Assembly (NCBI GenBank): GCA_037046605.1 | Contig: JBAOHF010000036.1 | Coordinates: 59,043-123,042, forward strand | DNA length: 64,000 nucleotides | Direction of reading: 5' to 3' | DNA from: Nocardioides sp. | GTDB taxonomy: Bacteria > Actinomycetota > Actinomycetes > Propionibacteriales > Nocardioidaceae | In this document: piece after piece, positions 1 to 9,550 of the stretch | Layout of the letters: every line of letters starts with the position of its first letter | Numbering within the stretch: position 1 is the stretch's first letter | Made by a program: the position numbers and the translations under genes | The notes under the pieces: generated by a model | What the model was told of the DNA's origin: nothing | The model's input: only the letters and a program-made list of their open reading frames with translations | Databases searched by the model: none

Positions 1-298
1 CGCCGATCTGCCCGGACCGGATCCGTTCGGGCAACTCATCAGTCGTGCCTCCGCCCCACAGCGCGACCGTCATCAGCAACGCCTGCCCCAGCCAGACGTA
101 GGTCACCGCATCCGTAGCGTCATACCCGCCCGCGTCGGGCCGCTGCTGCCAGATGGCGAGATAGACGAAGGAGTAGATGATTCCGAAGACGCTGTTGGTG
201 AAGACCCCGGCCCACGTCGCGGCTACGTAGGTCGAGTACCTCCGAAACGAGACGGCCGCCAGCGCGGGGTAGATCCTGAACGCTCCGAGCGCGATCAC
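1..298 (-). CDS. ABC-2 family transporter permease (5' part only, runs off the window edge)
   Basis: Manual translation from GTG at 298: MIALGAFRIYPALAAVSFRRYSTYVAATWAGVFTNSVFGIIYSFVYLAIW...AVTYVWLGQ...ERIRSGQIG. Hydrophobic, with the RIRxG motif of ABC-2/DUF990 permeases. Start abuts the upstream stop. Confidence 0.75.
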   Translation of the reverse strand, partial: MIALGAFRIYPALAAVSFRRYSTYVAATWAGVFTNSVFGIIYSFVYLAIWQQRPDAGGYDATDAVTYVWLGQALLMTVALWGGGTTDELPERIRSGQIG

Positions 299-820
299 CT
301 AGTGCTGGTAGGTGCCGTGGATGATCGCTCGCCCCAGGGTCTTGAACGCCAGGTTGAACGACACCACGGCTGGTGAGGCGTCCGAATCCACTCCCAGGGA
401 GTCCTCGCCCACGGCGTGGACCACGAAGAAGTAGCGATGCACCTGATCTCCCTGCGGGGGTGCGGCGCCCATGAATCCCTTGGGCCCACCGTCGTTGCGG
501 CAGTGGAAGGCCCCGACCGGGAGTTCGCGACTGGCCGCGCCCGCCTCGAGGCTGGTCACGTCCGCAGGCAGGTCAACGAGTACCCAGTGCCAGAAGCCGG
601 AGGGCGTGGGCGCGTCGGGGTCGAAGCAGGTGATGACGTAGGACTTGGTGCCTTCGGGCGCTCCGCTCCAGCTCAACTGGGGTGAACTGTTCCCGAAGGC
701 AGCGACTTGGTCGTCCTTCAGGGGCTGGCCGTCGGTCACATCGGCGCTTTTCACCGAGAAGCTCGCGGTGGCGGGTAGCAACTCGTAGGGATCCGGGGAG
801 ACGGGACGATCGAGGCTCAT
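299..820 (-). CDS. YbhB/YbcL family Raf kinase inhibitor-like (PEBP) protein
   Basis: SPQLSW, DPDAPTPSGFWHW and GAAPP..HRYFF motifs; TAGCCT -10 hexamer 6 nt before the ATG. Confidence 0.92.
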   Translation of the reverse strand: MSLDRPVSPDPYELLPATASFSVKSADVTDGQPLKDDQVAAFGNSSPQLSWSGAPEGTKSYVITCFDPDAPTPSGFWHWVLVDLPADVTSLEAGAASRELPVGAFHCRNDGGPKGFMGAAPPQGDQVHRYFFVVHAVGEDSLGVDSDASPAVVSFNLAFKTLGRAIIHGTYQH

Positions 821-891
821 TGCCCCAGGCTAGTGCCCCGGAGCCGGGCTGCACATCGCTGTCGCGGAGCCTTCTAGCGGGGCCACGCCTG

Positions 892-1680
892 CTAAACGGC
901 GGTGAAGCCGTTGTCCACGAAGAGTTGTGCCCCGTTGACGAAAGACGCATCATCACTGAGCAGGAAGAGGGCCGCCTTCGCGACTTCCTCAGGCTCGCAC
1001 ATCCGTCCCTGCTGAGCAGCGATGGCCTCCGGCGAGACGTCCACGCCGTACTTCGTCAGCGCCTCCACCTCGCGCATGCCGTGCGGGGTGGCGATGAACC
1101 CAGGACAGACCGCGTTGCACCGAATGCCCTGGTCGCGGAACTCCACCGCGATGGCCCGGGCGAACTGGTGGACAGCGCCCTTGGTGAGGTCGTAGAGGAC
1201 CTCGGTGGGGGTCGCTGCCACCGCCGAGATCGAGGAGGTGCACACGATCGCTCCTCCCCCGGCCGCGAGCATCCCGGGAAGCACGGCCTGGGTCATCATC
1301 CACATGGAGCGGACGTTGACGTCCATCAGCCAGTCGTACTCCTCCATCGTGGTCTCCAGGAACGGCTTCACCACGATGGTGCCTGCGTGGTTGAAGAGCA
1401 GCGTCGGGTCGCCGAGTGCCTCTCGGCACTCGGCGACCGCGCGTTGGACTTCAGCCTGCTTCGAAACATCAGCGACCGCGAAGTGCGCGACACCTCCGGT
1501 GGCGCGCACCTCCTCGCAGAGGGCCGACCCCAGGTCGGCCTGGCGGTCGATGACCGCGACGTGGGCGCCTTCGGCGGCGAACAGCCTCACCGCGGCAGCG
1601 CCGCAGCCGCTCGCCCCGCCGGACACGAGGGCGACCTTGCCCTCGAGCCGGCCGGAGCGGCTTTTCACAGCCTCAGCCAT
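892..1680 (-). CDS. Short-chain dehydrogenase/reductase (SDR)
   Basis: SGGASGCG Rossmann motif, NHAG, YxxxK (YDLTK), NAVCPG. Confidence 0.9.
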   Translation of the reverse strand: MAEAVKSRSGRLEGKVALVSGGASGCGAAAVRLFAAEGAHVAVIDRQADLGSALCEEVRATGGVAHFAVADVSKQAEVQRAVAECREALGDPTLLFNHAGTIVVKPFLETTMEEYDWLMDVNVRSMWMMTQAVLPGMLAAGGGAIVCTSSISAVAATPTEVLYDLTKGAVHQFARAIAVEFRDQGIRCNAVCPGFIATPHGMREVEALTKYGVDVSPEAIAAQQGRMCEPEEVAKAALFLLSDDASFVNGAQLFVDNGFTAV

Positions 1681-1683
1681 GGA

Positions 1684-3267
1684 TCAGCCCTGTTCGCCCA
1701 CTGCGCGCTCGGCTTCCCGGATGGCCTCCTGACGCTTGGCGATGTCGTCGCCCAGCGGCGGGCCTTGGAAGCGCCGGTTCTCCACGGCGAACCAGACCAG
1801 GACCGCGAGCACGATGAAGCCGATGGTGATCCGCCACGCGTACTGATTGGGCGGCTGGACGCCGATGAAGAAGAGCACTGCCATGGCCACGATGCACAGC
1901 ACCGCTACGAACTTGTATGCGCTCTTGCCCATGTCCCAAGGACCCATCGTTGGCCACTTCGGCCCGCCAATGGCGATGAGCCCCAGTGCGATCGGAACGG
2001 TGAAGGAGAGGAACAGGAAGATGACCGTGCACGAGACGACGATCGCGTAGGCCGATCCACCTGCAACTTCGACAACCGAGGTGAACCACACGAACAACAC
2101 CGCGAGAATGGCCGAAGCCCAGATGGCCGACACGGGCACCCGGTGCTTCGGGCTGACGTGGGCCAGTTGCTTGGAGACGCCCGGAAGGCCGTCGTCACGG
2201 GAGAACGCGAACAGCATCCGCGAGGCGCTGGTGACCGTGGCCAAGCCGCAGAGGAACTGCGCGGCGAAGATCAAGACGTACAAGAACTGCTTGAGCCCGG
2301 AGTTCACTTGCTCGTCCATCGCCCAGAAGAAGACGTTCCAGCCCTGGCTGGCGGCGTCGTCCATGTTGGGGAGCATCAGGACGAACGAGCAGAGCATGAT
2401 CCAGCCTGCCAAGCCCGACCAGAAGACAGAGGAGATCATTCCGGCCGGAACCGAATGTGCCGCCTTCACGGTCTCTTCCGAGGTATGCGCCGATGCGTCG
2501 TACCCGGTGATCGTGTAGACGGGCAGCAAGAGGCCGAGCATGAACGCCATCCCAATGCCCACCCTCGTCGGCCAAACGCCCCCACCGACGTCGCCGGTGT
2601 AGTTGTGGAACGTGAACAGCCGGCCCACCTCGAAGCCGTCGGCGGAGATCAGGCACACCACGGTCAACAGGGCCGCGGTGAAGAAGATCAGATAGCCGGA
2701 GAAGTCGGTCAGCTTGGCGGTCAAGCCGATGCCGAAGTGATTGATGAGCGCCTGAAGTCCGGTGATCACGGCGACGAAGACAACACGGTTGAAGTTGTTG
2801 TCCTCCATGCCGAGCGACGGCCCGAACGCGCCATAGAAGAAGTAGTAGGTGCCCACGTTGATGGCACCGAGCACGGTGACCAGGCCCAGCAGGTTCAGCC
2901 ATGCCGACAACCAGCCGGTGAACCGGTTGCCGAGGATCGAACCCCAGTGGTAGAGCCCGCCCGCGGTGGGGTAGGCAGAGCTGATCTGGGCCAAGCCCAG
3001 CGCGAACAGGCCGGAGATGATGACGCCGACCGGCCAGCCGATGCCGATGGCAGCGCCGCCGGCGCCCGAGGTGGCTTGGCCGAGGGAGTTGATGCCCCCG
3101 GACAGGATGCAGATGATCGAGAACGAGATGGCGAAGTTGGAGAACTTGCTCATCCGTCGTTCGAGTTCTTGGGCATAACCCATGCCGTGCAGGACCTTGA
3201 TGTCCTCGTGCCGGTCATGGTCGGTGTAATCCGCTGAGCTACCGCTCGCGGTGGGAAGGTCTGACAC
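1684..3267 (-). CDS. APC-superfamily amino acid/amine permease
   Basis: About 12 TM segments; YAQELERRMSKFSNFAISFS, YPTAGGLY, GYDASAHTSEET. GTG at 3267 is preceded by a GGAGGA SD (the ORF track extends to 3384). Confidence 0.9.
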   Translation of the reverse strand: MSDLPTASGSSADYTDHDRHEDIKVLHGMGYAQELERRMSKFSNFAISFSIICILSGGINSLGQATSGAGGAAIGIGWPVGVIISGLFALGLAQISSAYPTAGGLYHWGSILGNRFTGWLSAWLNLLGLVTVLGAINVGTYYFFYGAFGPSLGMEDNNFNRVVFVAVITGLQALINHFGIGLTAKLTDFSGYLIFFTAALLTVVCLISADGFEVGRLFTFHNYTGDVGGGVWPTRVGIGMAFMLGLLLPVYTITGYDASAHTSEETVKAAHSVPAGMISSVFWSGLAGWIMLCSFVLMLPNMDDAASQGWNVFFWAMDEQVNSGLKQFLYVLIFAAQFLCGLATVTSASRMLFAFSRDDGLPGVSKQLAHVSPKHRVPVSAIWASAILAVLFVWFTSVVEVAGGSAYAIVVSCTVIFLFLSFTVPIALGLIAIGGPKWPTMGPWDMGKSAYKFVAVLCIVAMAVLFFIGVQPPNQYAWRITIGFIVLAVLVWFAVENRRFQGPPLGDDIAKRQEAIREAERAVGEQG

Positions 3268-3394
3268 GGTCTCCTCCATCGGGTGAAGCGTCCTCACGCA
3301 CAGGCAAAACGCCTCCGCGACGAGTGATCGACGCCACAGTTCTTCTGCGCCGGAGACTAGACCCGTCGGTCGCATCCCGTCCACAGTTTCTGTC

Positions 3395-3410
3395 GGTTTG
3401 AGATCAGACC
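3395..3410. promoter_or_regulatory. Candidate FadR/GntR operator between the divergent permease and regulator
   Basis: Imperfect palindrome GGTTTGA-GA-TCAGACC; the minus strand reads AATGGTCTGA, a FadR-like TGGT half-site. Confidence 0.45.
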
Positions 3411-3430
3411 ATTTTCACCGGCGGGAACCA

Positions 3431-3459
3431 TTGACAGAGCCCAGTGGCGTGCCGAGTAT
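3431..3459 (+). promoter_or_regulatory. Putative sigma-70-type promoter for the leaderless GntR gene
   Basis: TTGACA, 17 nt, GAGTAT, 6 nt, then ATG at 3466. Confidence 0.55.
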
Positions 3460-3465
3460 TGCCCA

Positions 3466-4257
3466 ATGGCTGCGGAGTCCCACCCCGAGTTGACCCGCGC
3501 CTTACTCCGCCCAGTGCGCAGTCACCACGCCTTCGAAGGGTGCGTCGAGCAGCTGGCCACTGCCATCCGGCTCGGGGCCTACCCCCGAGGCTCGACCCTG
3601 CCTGCCGAGCGTGAGCTGGCCGCTCGTCTCTCAGTGTCCCGGGCGACCTTGCGCGAGGCGATGGCCGCCTTGCGCGAAGCCGGACTGGTGGAGACCAAAC
3701 GAGGCCGCGCCGGCGGCACCGTCGTCGTCTTCAAACCCGGCCAGGCTTCGGCTCGGCGGGCCGCCAAGGCCGACGACGCAGACCGACGAAACTGGCTGGA
3801 TGCGCTGGCCTACCGTCGAGTGGTCGAGCCCGGCGCCTGTGAGCTGGCGGCCGCTCGCACGCTCAGCCCCGAGGAGCGTGCGCGCCTGATTGCGGCCCAC
3901 GAAGGCGTGGCCACCGCCCATAACCGTGCTCACCACCGGCAGGCAGACTCCCGGTTCCACCTCACCATCGCTTCGCTGGCCGGGTCTCCCCGCATCGTCG
4001 CCGCCGTGACCGACGTCCAGTCGGTGCTGCACGAGATGCTCGGACGGATCCCCGTGCTCGATCGCAACATCGAGCACTCCGATCGGCAGCACCGCGAGAT
4101 TCTCGAAGCGATCCTGCATGCCGACCCACTGGCCGCAGCTGAAGCGATGGCCGAGCACTGTGACGACACGGCCGCGCTATTGCGCGGACTGCTTGCCGGA
4201 CCCGACAACCCAGAAGAAGCACCAGAGGAAGCGAGGAACGATGAGCCCGCCGAATGA
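3466..4257 (+). CDS. GntR/FadR-family transcriptional regulator (EpuRI-like)
   Basis: wHTH LPAERELAARLSVSRATLREA..GRAGGT and FCD domain (DSRFH, QH, EH). Confidence 0.92.
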   Translation: MAAESHPELTRALLRPVRSHHAFEGCVEQLATAIRLGAYPRGSTLPAERELAARLSVSRATLREAMAALREAGLVETKRGRAGGTVVVFKPGQASARRAAKADDADRRNWLDALAYRRVVEPGACELAAARTLSPEERARLIAAHEGVATAHNRAHHRQADSRFHLTIASLAGSPRIVAAVTDVQSVLHEMLGRIPVLDRNIEHSDRQHREILEAILHADPLAAAEAMAEHCDDTAALLRGLLAGPDNPEEAPEEARNDEPAE

Positions 4258-5602
4258 CCGTTACCTGAACCTTGACCAACTGCGCGCCCAGATCGAGGAC
4301 GGCAGCATCGACACGGTCGTGATGGCCTTCACCGATATGCAGGGCCGCCTGCAGGGTAAGCGCCTGCATGCGCGCTATTTCCTCGACGTGGCGCTCCAGT
4401 CGGGCACCGAAGGCTGCAACTACCTGCTGGCCGTGGACATCGATATGAACACCGTCGACGGCTACGCCATCTCCTCGTGGGAGCGCGGTTACGGCGACAT
4501 GGAGTTCGTGCCGGACTGGGACACCTTGCGGGTCCTCCCCCACCTGCCTGCCACTGCGATGGTGCAGTGCGATCTGGTGTGGCTCGATCATGCCCCCGTC
4601 GACCAGTCCCCGCGCACCATCCTCAAGCAGCAACTCGCGCGCGCCGATGAGTCCGGCTGGATCGCGTTGGCCGGGACCGAGTTGGAGTTCATCCTCTTCG
4701 ACACCACCTACGAAGAGGCCCACAACTCCTCCTACCGAGGAATCACTCCGGCCAACCAGTACAACATCGACTATTCGATCCTGGGCACCACCCGCGTCGA
4801 GCCGCTGCTGCGAGATATCCGCAACCACATGTACGCCGCCGGAATGGACGTCGAGAGCGCCAAGGGCGAATGCAACTTCGGCCAGCACGAGATCGGGTTC
4901 CTCTACTCCTCGGCCCTGACCAGCGCCGACAACCATGCCGTCTACAAGAACTCCGCCAAGGAGATCGCCGCCCAGCACGGCAAGGCGCTCACCTTCATGG
5001 CCAAGTACAACGAGCGCGAGGGCAATTCCTGCCATATCCACCTGTCGCTGCGCGGCAAGGACGGCGAGGTCGTCTTCTGGGACGGCGACAAGCGGTCTGC
5101 TCTCTATGACCACTTCGTGGCGGGGTTGCTCGCGACCATGCGTGACTTCACGCTTCTCTACGCCCCCAATGTGAACTCCTACAAGCGGTTCGCGGCTGGC
5201 TCATTCGCGCCGACCACGATCGCCTGGGGCTTGGACAACCGCACCTGCGCGATCAGGCTCGTCGGCAAGGGACCGTCGGCTCGTCTGGAGAATCGCGTCC
5301 CGGGCGGAGACGTCAACCCCTACCTGGCGCTGGCCGCGATGCTCGCAGGAGGCCTCTACGGCATCGAAAACAAGTTGGAGCTCGAACCCGAACTGGTCGG
5401 CAACGCCTACTCCTCTGGAAAGGACCGCGTGCCCAACACCTTGCGTGAGGCTCGCGACGTTTTCGCCGCTTCAGCGGTCGCGCGTTCCGCGTTCGGCGAC
5501 GCGGTGGTCGACCATTACGTCAACATGGCAGACGTGGAACTCGCCGCATTCGACGCCCACGTGACCGACTGGGAGCTTTTCCGCTCCTTCGAAAGGATGT
5601 AA
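4241..5602 (+). CDS. glnA4: Glutamine synthetase-like gamma-glutamylamide synthetase (GlnA4 type)
   Basis: DMQGRLQGKR, GTELEF, ECNFGQHE, GNSCHIH, WGLDNR, RLENRVPGGDVNPY. SD GAGGA before ATG 4241. Neighbours match the glnA4 clusters of Streptomyces and Mycobacterium. Confidence 0.85.
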   Translation: MSPPNDRYLNLDQLRAQIEDGSIDTVVMAFTDMQGRLQGKRLHARYFLDVALQSGTEGCNYLLAVDIDMNTVDGYAISSWERGYGDMEFVPDWDTLRVLPHLPATAMVQCDLVWLDHAPVDQSPRTILKQQLARADESGWIALAGTELEFILFDTTYEEAHNSSYRGITPANQYNIDYSILGTTRVEPLLRDIRNHMYAAGMDVESAKGECNFGQHEIGFLYSSALTSADNHAVYKNSAKEIAAQHGKALTFMAKYNEREGNSCHIHLSLRGKDGEVVFWDGDKRSALYDHFVAGLLATMRDFTLLYAPNVNSYKRFAAGSFAPTTIAWGLDNRTCAIRLVGKGPSARLENRVPGGDVNPYLALAAMLAGGLYGIENKLELEPELVGNAYSSGKDRVPNTLREARDVFAASAVARSAFGDAVVDHYVNMADVELAAFDAHVTDWELFRSFERM

Positions 5603-6967
5603 GTGACTACCCACACGCTGATCAATCCGGCCACCGGCCAGGCTTTCGGCGAAGTCCCCTCGGCCTCCGAGGCGGAGGCTGACGAGGTCATCGCCAAGGC
5701 ACAGGACGCCTTCGGGCCCTGGCGGGCGATGGCCCCCGGCGATCGAGCCAAGCTGCTGCGCGCCTTCGCCGCGGCCGTCGATGCCCACATCGACGAGCTG
5801 GCGGCCTTGGAGGTGCAGAACTCCGGCCACACCATCGGCAACGCCCGATGGGAGGCCGGCAATGTGCGCGACGTGCTGACCTACTACTCGGCAGCCCCCG
5901 AGCGACTCTTCGGGCGGCAGATCCCGGTGGCCGGAGGGATCGACGTCACCTTCCACGAGCCACTGGGCGTGGTGGGCGTCATCGTGCCGTGGAACTTCCC
6001 GATGCCGATCGCGGGCTGGGGCTTCGCCCCCGCGCTCGCCGCGGGGAACACCGTCGTACTCAAGCCTGCGGAGATCACGCCGTTGACCGCCATGCGTCTG
6101 GCCGAACTCGGCCGCGAGGCAGGTCTGCCCGACGGCGTGTTCAACGTGATCACGGGTAAGGGTTCGGTGGTCGGTCAGCGGTTCGTCACCAACGAGCTGG
6201 TGCGCAAGGTGTGTTTCACCGGCTCCACCGCGGTGGGCAAGCAGATCATGGCCGGCTGCGCCGAGCAGGTGAAGCGGGTCACCCTGGAGCTGGGCGGCAA
6301 GAGCGCCAACATCGTCTTCGCCGACGCCAACGTGAGCAAGGCAGCGGCGAGCGCGCCGTACGCCGTCTTCGACAACGCCGGGCAGGACTGCTGCGCGCGG
6401 TCGCGGATCCTGGTCGAACGCTCTGCTTACGACGAGTTCATGAGCGGCCTGGACGTGGCGGTGCGCAACCTGCGGGTTATCGACCCGGCCGACGAGGCCA
6501 GCGAGATGGGCCCGATGGTTTCGGCCGGACAGCGTGATGCCGTGCAGAAGTACCTCGACCAGGTCTCGCCCAGCATCGTCGGCAGCGCGCCGGAGAGCGA
6601 TGGCTACTGGCTGGCGCCGGTAGTGGTTGAGTCGGCCGACACCACCGAGCCGGTGTGGCGCGAGGAGGTCTTCGGCCCGCTGGTCGCGGTGATGCCGTTC
6701 GACTCCGAGGACGAGGCGATCGCCTTGGCCAACGACACCGAATACGGCCTCTCTGGATCGATCTTCACCAACGACCTCGGTCGCGGACTGCGCGTGGCCC
6801 AAGGCGTCGAGTCGGGGAACCTGAGCGTCAACTCCCACTCCTCGGTGCGCTACTGGACACCGTTCGGCGGCTTCAAGCAGTCCGGCCTCGGTCGTGAGCT
6901 CGGCCCCGACGCGCCCAACGCGTTCACCGAAGAGAAGAACGTCTTCATCAACACCGAAAGGAACTGA
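5603..6967 (+). CDS. Aldehyde dehydrogenase
   Basis: PWNFP, FTGST, LELGGK, catalytic Cys in GQDCCA, EEVFGP, PFGGFKQSG. Confidence 0.95.
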   Translation: MTTHTLINPATGQAFGEVPSASEAEADEVIAKAQDAFGPWRAMAPGDRAKLLRAFAAAVDAHIDELAALEVQNSGHTIGNARWEAGNVRDVLTYYSAAPERLFGRQIPVAGGIDVTFHEPLGVVGVIVPWNFPMPIAGWGFAPALAAGNTVVLKPAEITPLTAMRLAELGREAGLPDGVFNVITGKGSVVGQRFVTNELVRKVCFTGSTAVGKQIMAGCAEQVKRVTLELGGKSANIVFADANVSKAAASAPYAVFDNAGQDCCARSRILVERSAYDEFMSGLDVAVRNLRVIDPADEASEMGPMVSAGQRDAVQKYLDQVSPSIVGSAPESDGYWLAPVVVESADTTEPVWREEVFGPLVAVMPFDSEDEAIALANDTEYGLSGSIFTNDLGRGLRVAQGVESGNLSVNSHSSVRYWTPFGGFKQSGLGRELGPDAPNAFTEEKNVFINTERN

Positions 6968-6974
6968 ACCACCC

Positions 6975-7773
6975 ATGTCACAGGGAACTAGCTCCGGCGG
7001 ACGGATCGCCGGCAAGGTCGCCGTTGTCACCGGAGGATGCTCCGGCATCGGCTTGGCGACCGTGCGCCGCTTCGTCGCCGAGGGCGCGAAGGTCGTCATC
7101 GGCGACATCGCCGACGAGGCAGGCGCCGCGCTGGTCGCCGAACTCGGCGGCCCCGAGGTCGCGACGTACTGCCACGTGGATGTCACCTCGAAGGAGGAGG
7201 TCGACGCGCTGTTCAAGTGCGCCAAGGACACCTACGGATCGGTTGACATCGCCTTCAACAACGCCGGCATCTCCCCGCCGCAGGACGACTCGATCCTGGA
7301 CACCGATCTGGAGGCGTGGGACCTGGTCCAGCGCGTCAACCTGACCAGCGTCTACCTCTGCTGCAAGGCGGCACTGCCCTACATGCTCGAGCAGAAGTCC
7401 GGCTCGATCATCAACACCGCATCGTTCGTCGCGGTGATGGGTGCGGCCACGTCGCAGATCTCCTACTCGGCCTCCAAGGGCGGCGTGCTCGTCGATGACC
7501 CGCGAGCTCGGCGTCCAGTTCGCCCGCGAGGGCGTGCGCGTCAACGCGCTGTGCCCGGGACCGGTGAACACCCCGCTGTTGCAGGAGCTTTTCGCCAAGG
7601 ACCCCGAGCGGGCGGCGCGCCGGCTGGTGCACATCCCCATGGGTCGTTTCGGCGAGCCCGAGGAGATGGCATCAGCGGTGCTGTTCCTCGCCTCCGACGA
7701 CTCCAGCTTCATGACAGCCAACACCTTCCTGGTCGACGGCGGCATCTCCGGTGCCTACGTCACCCCTCTGTGA
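6975..7773 (+). CDS. SDR oxidoreductase, frameshifted near 7490 (probable sequencing indel)
   Basis: The frame of ORF 6894 gives TGGCSGIG, FNNAG, YSASK. After one extra base in gtgctcgtcgatg the protein continues in the frame of ORF 7441 (MTRELGVQFAREGVRVNALCPG...AYVTPL). Confidence 0.85.
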
Positions 7774-7783
7774 GGTCCCACTC

Positions 7784-8494
7784 GTGAGTGACGGGCGTAC
7801 CCCCCTGGTCGGCATCAGCACCTACCGTGAAAATGCCGCCTGGGGGGTGTGGTCCCAGCGGGCCGACCTGCTGCACGTGGAGTATTCCGACGCCGTCGTA
7901 CGTGCGGGAGGGGTGCCGGTGCTGTTGCCTCCGGCAATCCCGACCGAGGCTGCCGCCGACCTGGTTGTCTCCCGGTTGGACGCGCTGATCATCGCCGGCG
8001 GGGCGGACGTCGATCCGTCCCGCTACGGCCAATCGCCCCACGAGCGCACCGCCAACTGGCGGACCGACCGTGATGCCTGGGAGGTGGCGCTGCTGCACGC
8101 GGCCGAGCGGCGCAACCTGGCCACCTTCGGGATCTGCCGAGGCATGCAATTGATGGCAGTGGCAGCTGGCGGCGCGCTCGACCAACACACTCCTGATCTG
8201 GTCGGGCACGAGCAGCACTCCCCCGGCGGCGCAGAGTTCGGCACCATCCCGGTGCGCACGGAGTCCGACTCGATCGTGGCGCGCGTGCTCGGCGAGGAGG
8301 TGCCCGCGCACTGCCATCATCACCAGTCCGTGCGGTCGCACCCCGGCTTTCGGGCGACCGCCTGGGCCGACGACGGCACCGTCGAGGCGATGGAGGGCGA
8401 GAGCCCGGACCGGTTCTGCATCGCGGTGCAGTGGCATCCGGAGATGATTCGCGACCAGCGGCTCTTCGACGCTCTGATCGCCGCAGCCCGGTGA
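7784..8494 (+). CDS. gamma-glutamyl-amide hydrolase (peptidase C26 / PuuD-like class I amidotransferase)
   Basis: GGADVDP, GICRGMQ nucleophile elbow, HHHQ, VQWHPE. Confidence 0.92.
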   Translation: MSDGRTPLVGISTYRENAAWGVWSQRADLLHVEYSDAVVRAGGVPVLLPPAIPTEAAADLVVSRLDALIIAGGADVDPSRYGQSPHERTANWRTDRDAWEVALLHAAERRNLATFGICRGMQLMAVAAGGALDQHTPDLVGHEQHSPGGAEFGTIPVRTESDSIVARVLGEEVPAHCHHHQSVRSHPGFRATAWADDGTVEAMEGESPDRFCIAVQWHPEMIRDQRLFDALIAAAR

Positions 8495-9492
8495 CGGTGC
8501 GCGAGCCCGGACCGGACCTCTCGGCGCCTGTGCCGGAGGCCGGCTGGGAGCCCGATGTGCTCGGTGCCCCCTACGTCGTAGACACCCTGGTCCTCTCACC
8601 GGACGCCGAGGGCGTGGTCGAGGCGAACCTGGTGCGCCACGACGGCCCCGGCACCCCCAGCCGCGCAGTCCTGCACGTGCACGGCTTCAACGACTACTTC
8701 TTCCACACCGAGTACGCCGAATGGTGGGCCGCTCGCGGCTACCGCTTCTACGCGCTGGATCTACGCAAGCACGGGCGTTCCCTGCGTCAGCATCAAACCC
8801 CCTGCTATGTGGAGGACCTGGCCGAGTACTTCGAGGAACTCGATCTGGCATGGCGCATCATCACCGAGCGGGACGGCTTCGAGGAGGTCGTGCTGAGTGC
8901 CCACTCCACCGGCGGATTGACCGCCTCCCTGTGGGCAGATGACCGTCAGGTGCCGCTCCTCGCCCTGGTTCTCAATGCCCCCTGGGTCGACATGCACGGC
9001 CCCTTCTGGCTGCGCTTCGGAACCCAGGTGATGCGTCAGGTTGGCGGGTATCAACCGCGTCGAGAGCTGCCGCGCGGTGGCCCCGGCTACTACGGGCAAA
9101 GCCTGCACCGAGACTTCGCCGGCGAGTGGGACTACAACGTGGAGTGGAAGTCGGTCGAGCCACGCACGGTCTATGCCGGCTGGCTGCGGGCCGTCCGACA
9201 CGGTCACCTGCGACTCCATCGAGGGCTGTCGATCCAAGCGCCGATCCTGGTGTTGACCTCGGGCGGCACCCACCGGCCTACGGCCATGGATGAGGATGTC
9301 TTCAATCACGACATCGTGCTCGACGTGGACCAGATGCGCCGCTGGGCGACGGTGATCGGACCGGTGGTCTCGGTGGTGGCCGTAGCGGGAGCTCTGCACG
9401 ACGTCGTACTCTCCCGGGCCGAGCCGCGCGCCCGGGTATACGCCGAGCTGGATCGCTGGCACCGCGTCTACGTCGCCCCACCCGCCGGATAG
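8491..9492 (+). CDS. Alpha/beta hydrolase (lysophospholipase-like)
   Basis: VHGFNDYF, DLRKHGRS, AHSTGG nucleophile, GALHD; GTGA start/stop overlap with the upstream gene. Confidence 0.85.
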   Translation: MTVREPGPDLSAPVPEAGWEPDVLGAPYVVDTLVLSPDAEGVVEANLVRHDGPGTPSRAVLHVHGFNDYFFHTEYAEWWAARGYRFYALDLRKHGRSLRQHQTPCYVEDLAEYFEELDLAWRIITERDGFEEVVLSAHSTGGLTASLWADDRQVPLLALVLNAPWVDMHGPFWLRFGTQVMRQVGGYQPRRELPRGGPGYYGQSLHRDFAGEWDYNVEWKSVEPRTVYAGWLRAVRHGHLRLHRGLSIQAPILVLTSGGTHRPTAMDEDVFNHDIVLDVDQMRRWATVIGPVVSVVAVAGALHDVVLSRAEPRARVYAELDRWHRVYVAPPAG

Positions 9493-9550
9493 TCCAGCGC
9501 GTTCGGGTCGGATGGAGTCGCTGACAGCGACTGGAACGCGCTGGACTATC
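9488..9550. terminator. Bidirectional terminator-like hairpin between convergent genes
   Basis: 17-bp perfect inverted repeat GATAGTCCAGCGCGTTC (9488-9504) / GAACGCGCTGGACTATC (9534-9550), with an inner AGTCGCT/AGCGACT stem. Confidence 0.6.

Noticed and set aside
682-3237. 851-aa plus-strand ORF, and similar long antisense ORFs (5471-7231, 35040-37652, 47913-49823, 52753-55002)
   Set aside because: They are shadow frames opposite well-supported genes, carry no recognisable motifs, and are expected in high-GC DNA with few stop codons.
3391-3412. TGTCGG-N10-GACCAT resembling a PafBC promoter
   Set aside because: The -10 is weak, it overlaps the candidate GntR operator, a better TTGACA promoter lies downstream, and there is no DNA-repair context.
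7480-7500. Programmed frameshifting or pseudogene status for the SDR, sufS, yvcK and DinB-family gene
   Set aside because: Each has a single indel (two in homopolymer runs), both halves are intact, and no stimulatory structure is evident. Sequencing error is the simpler explanation, given the error patch at 19-21 kb.
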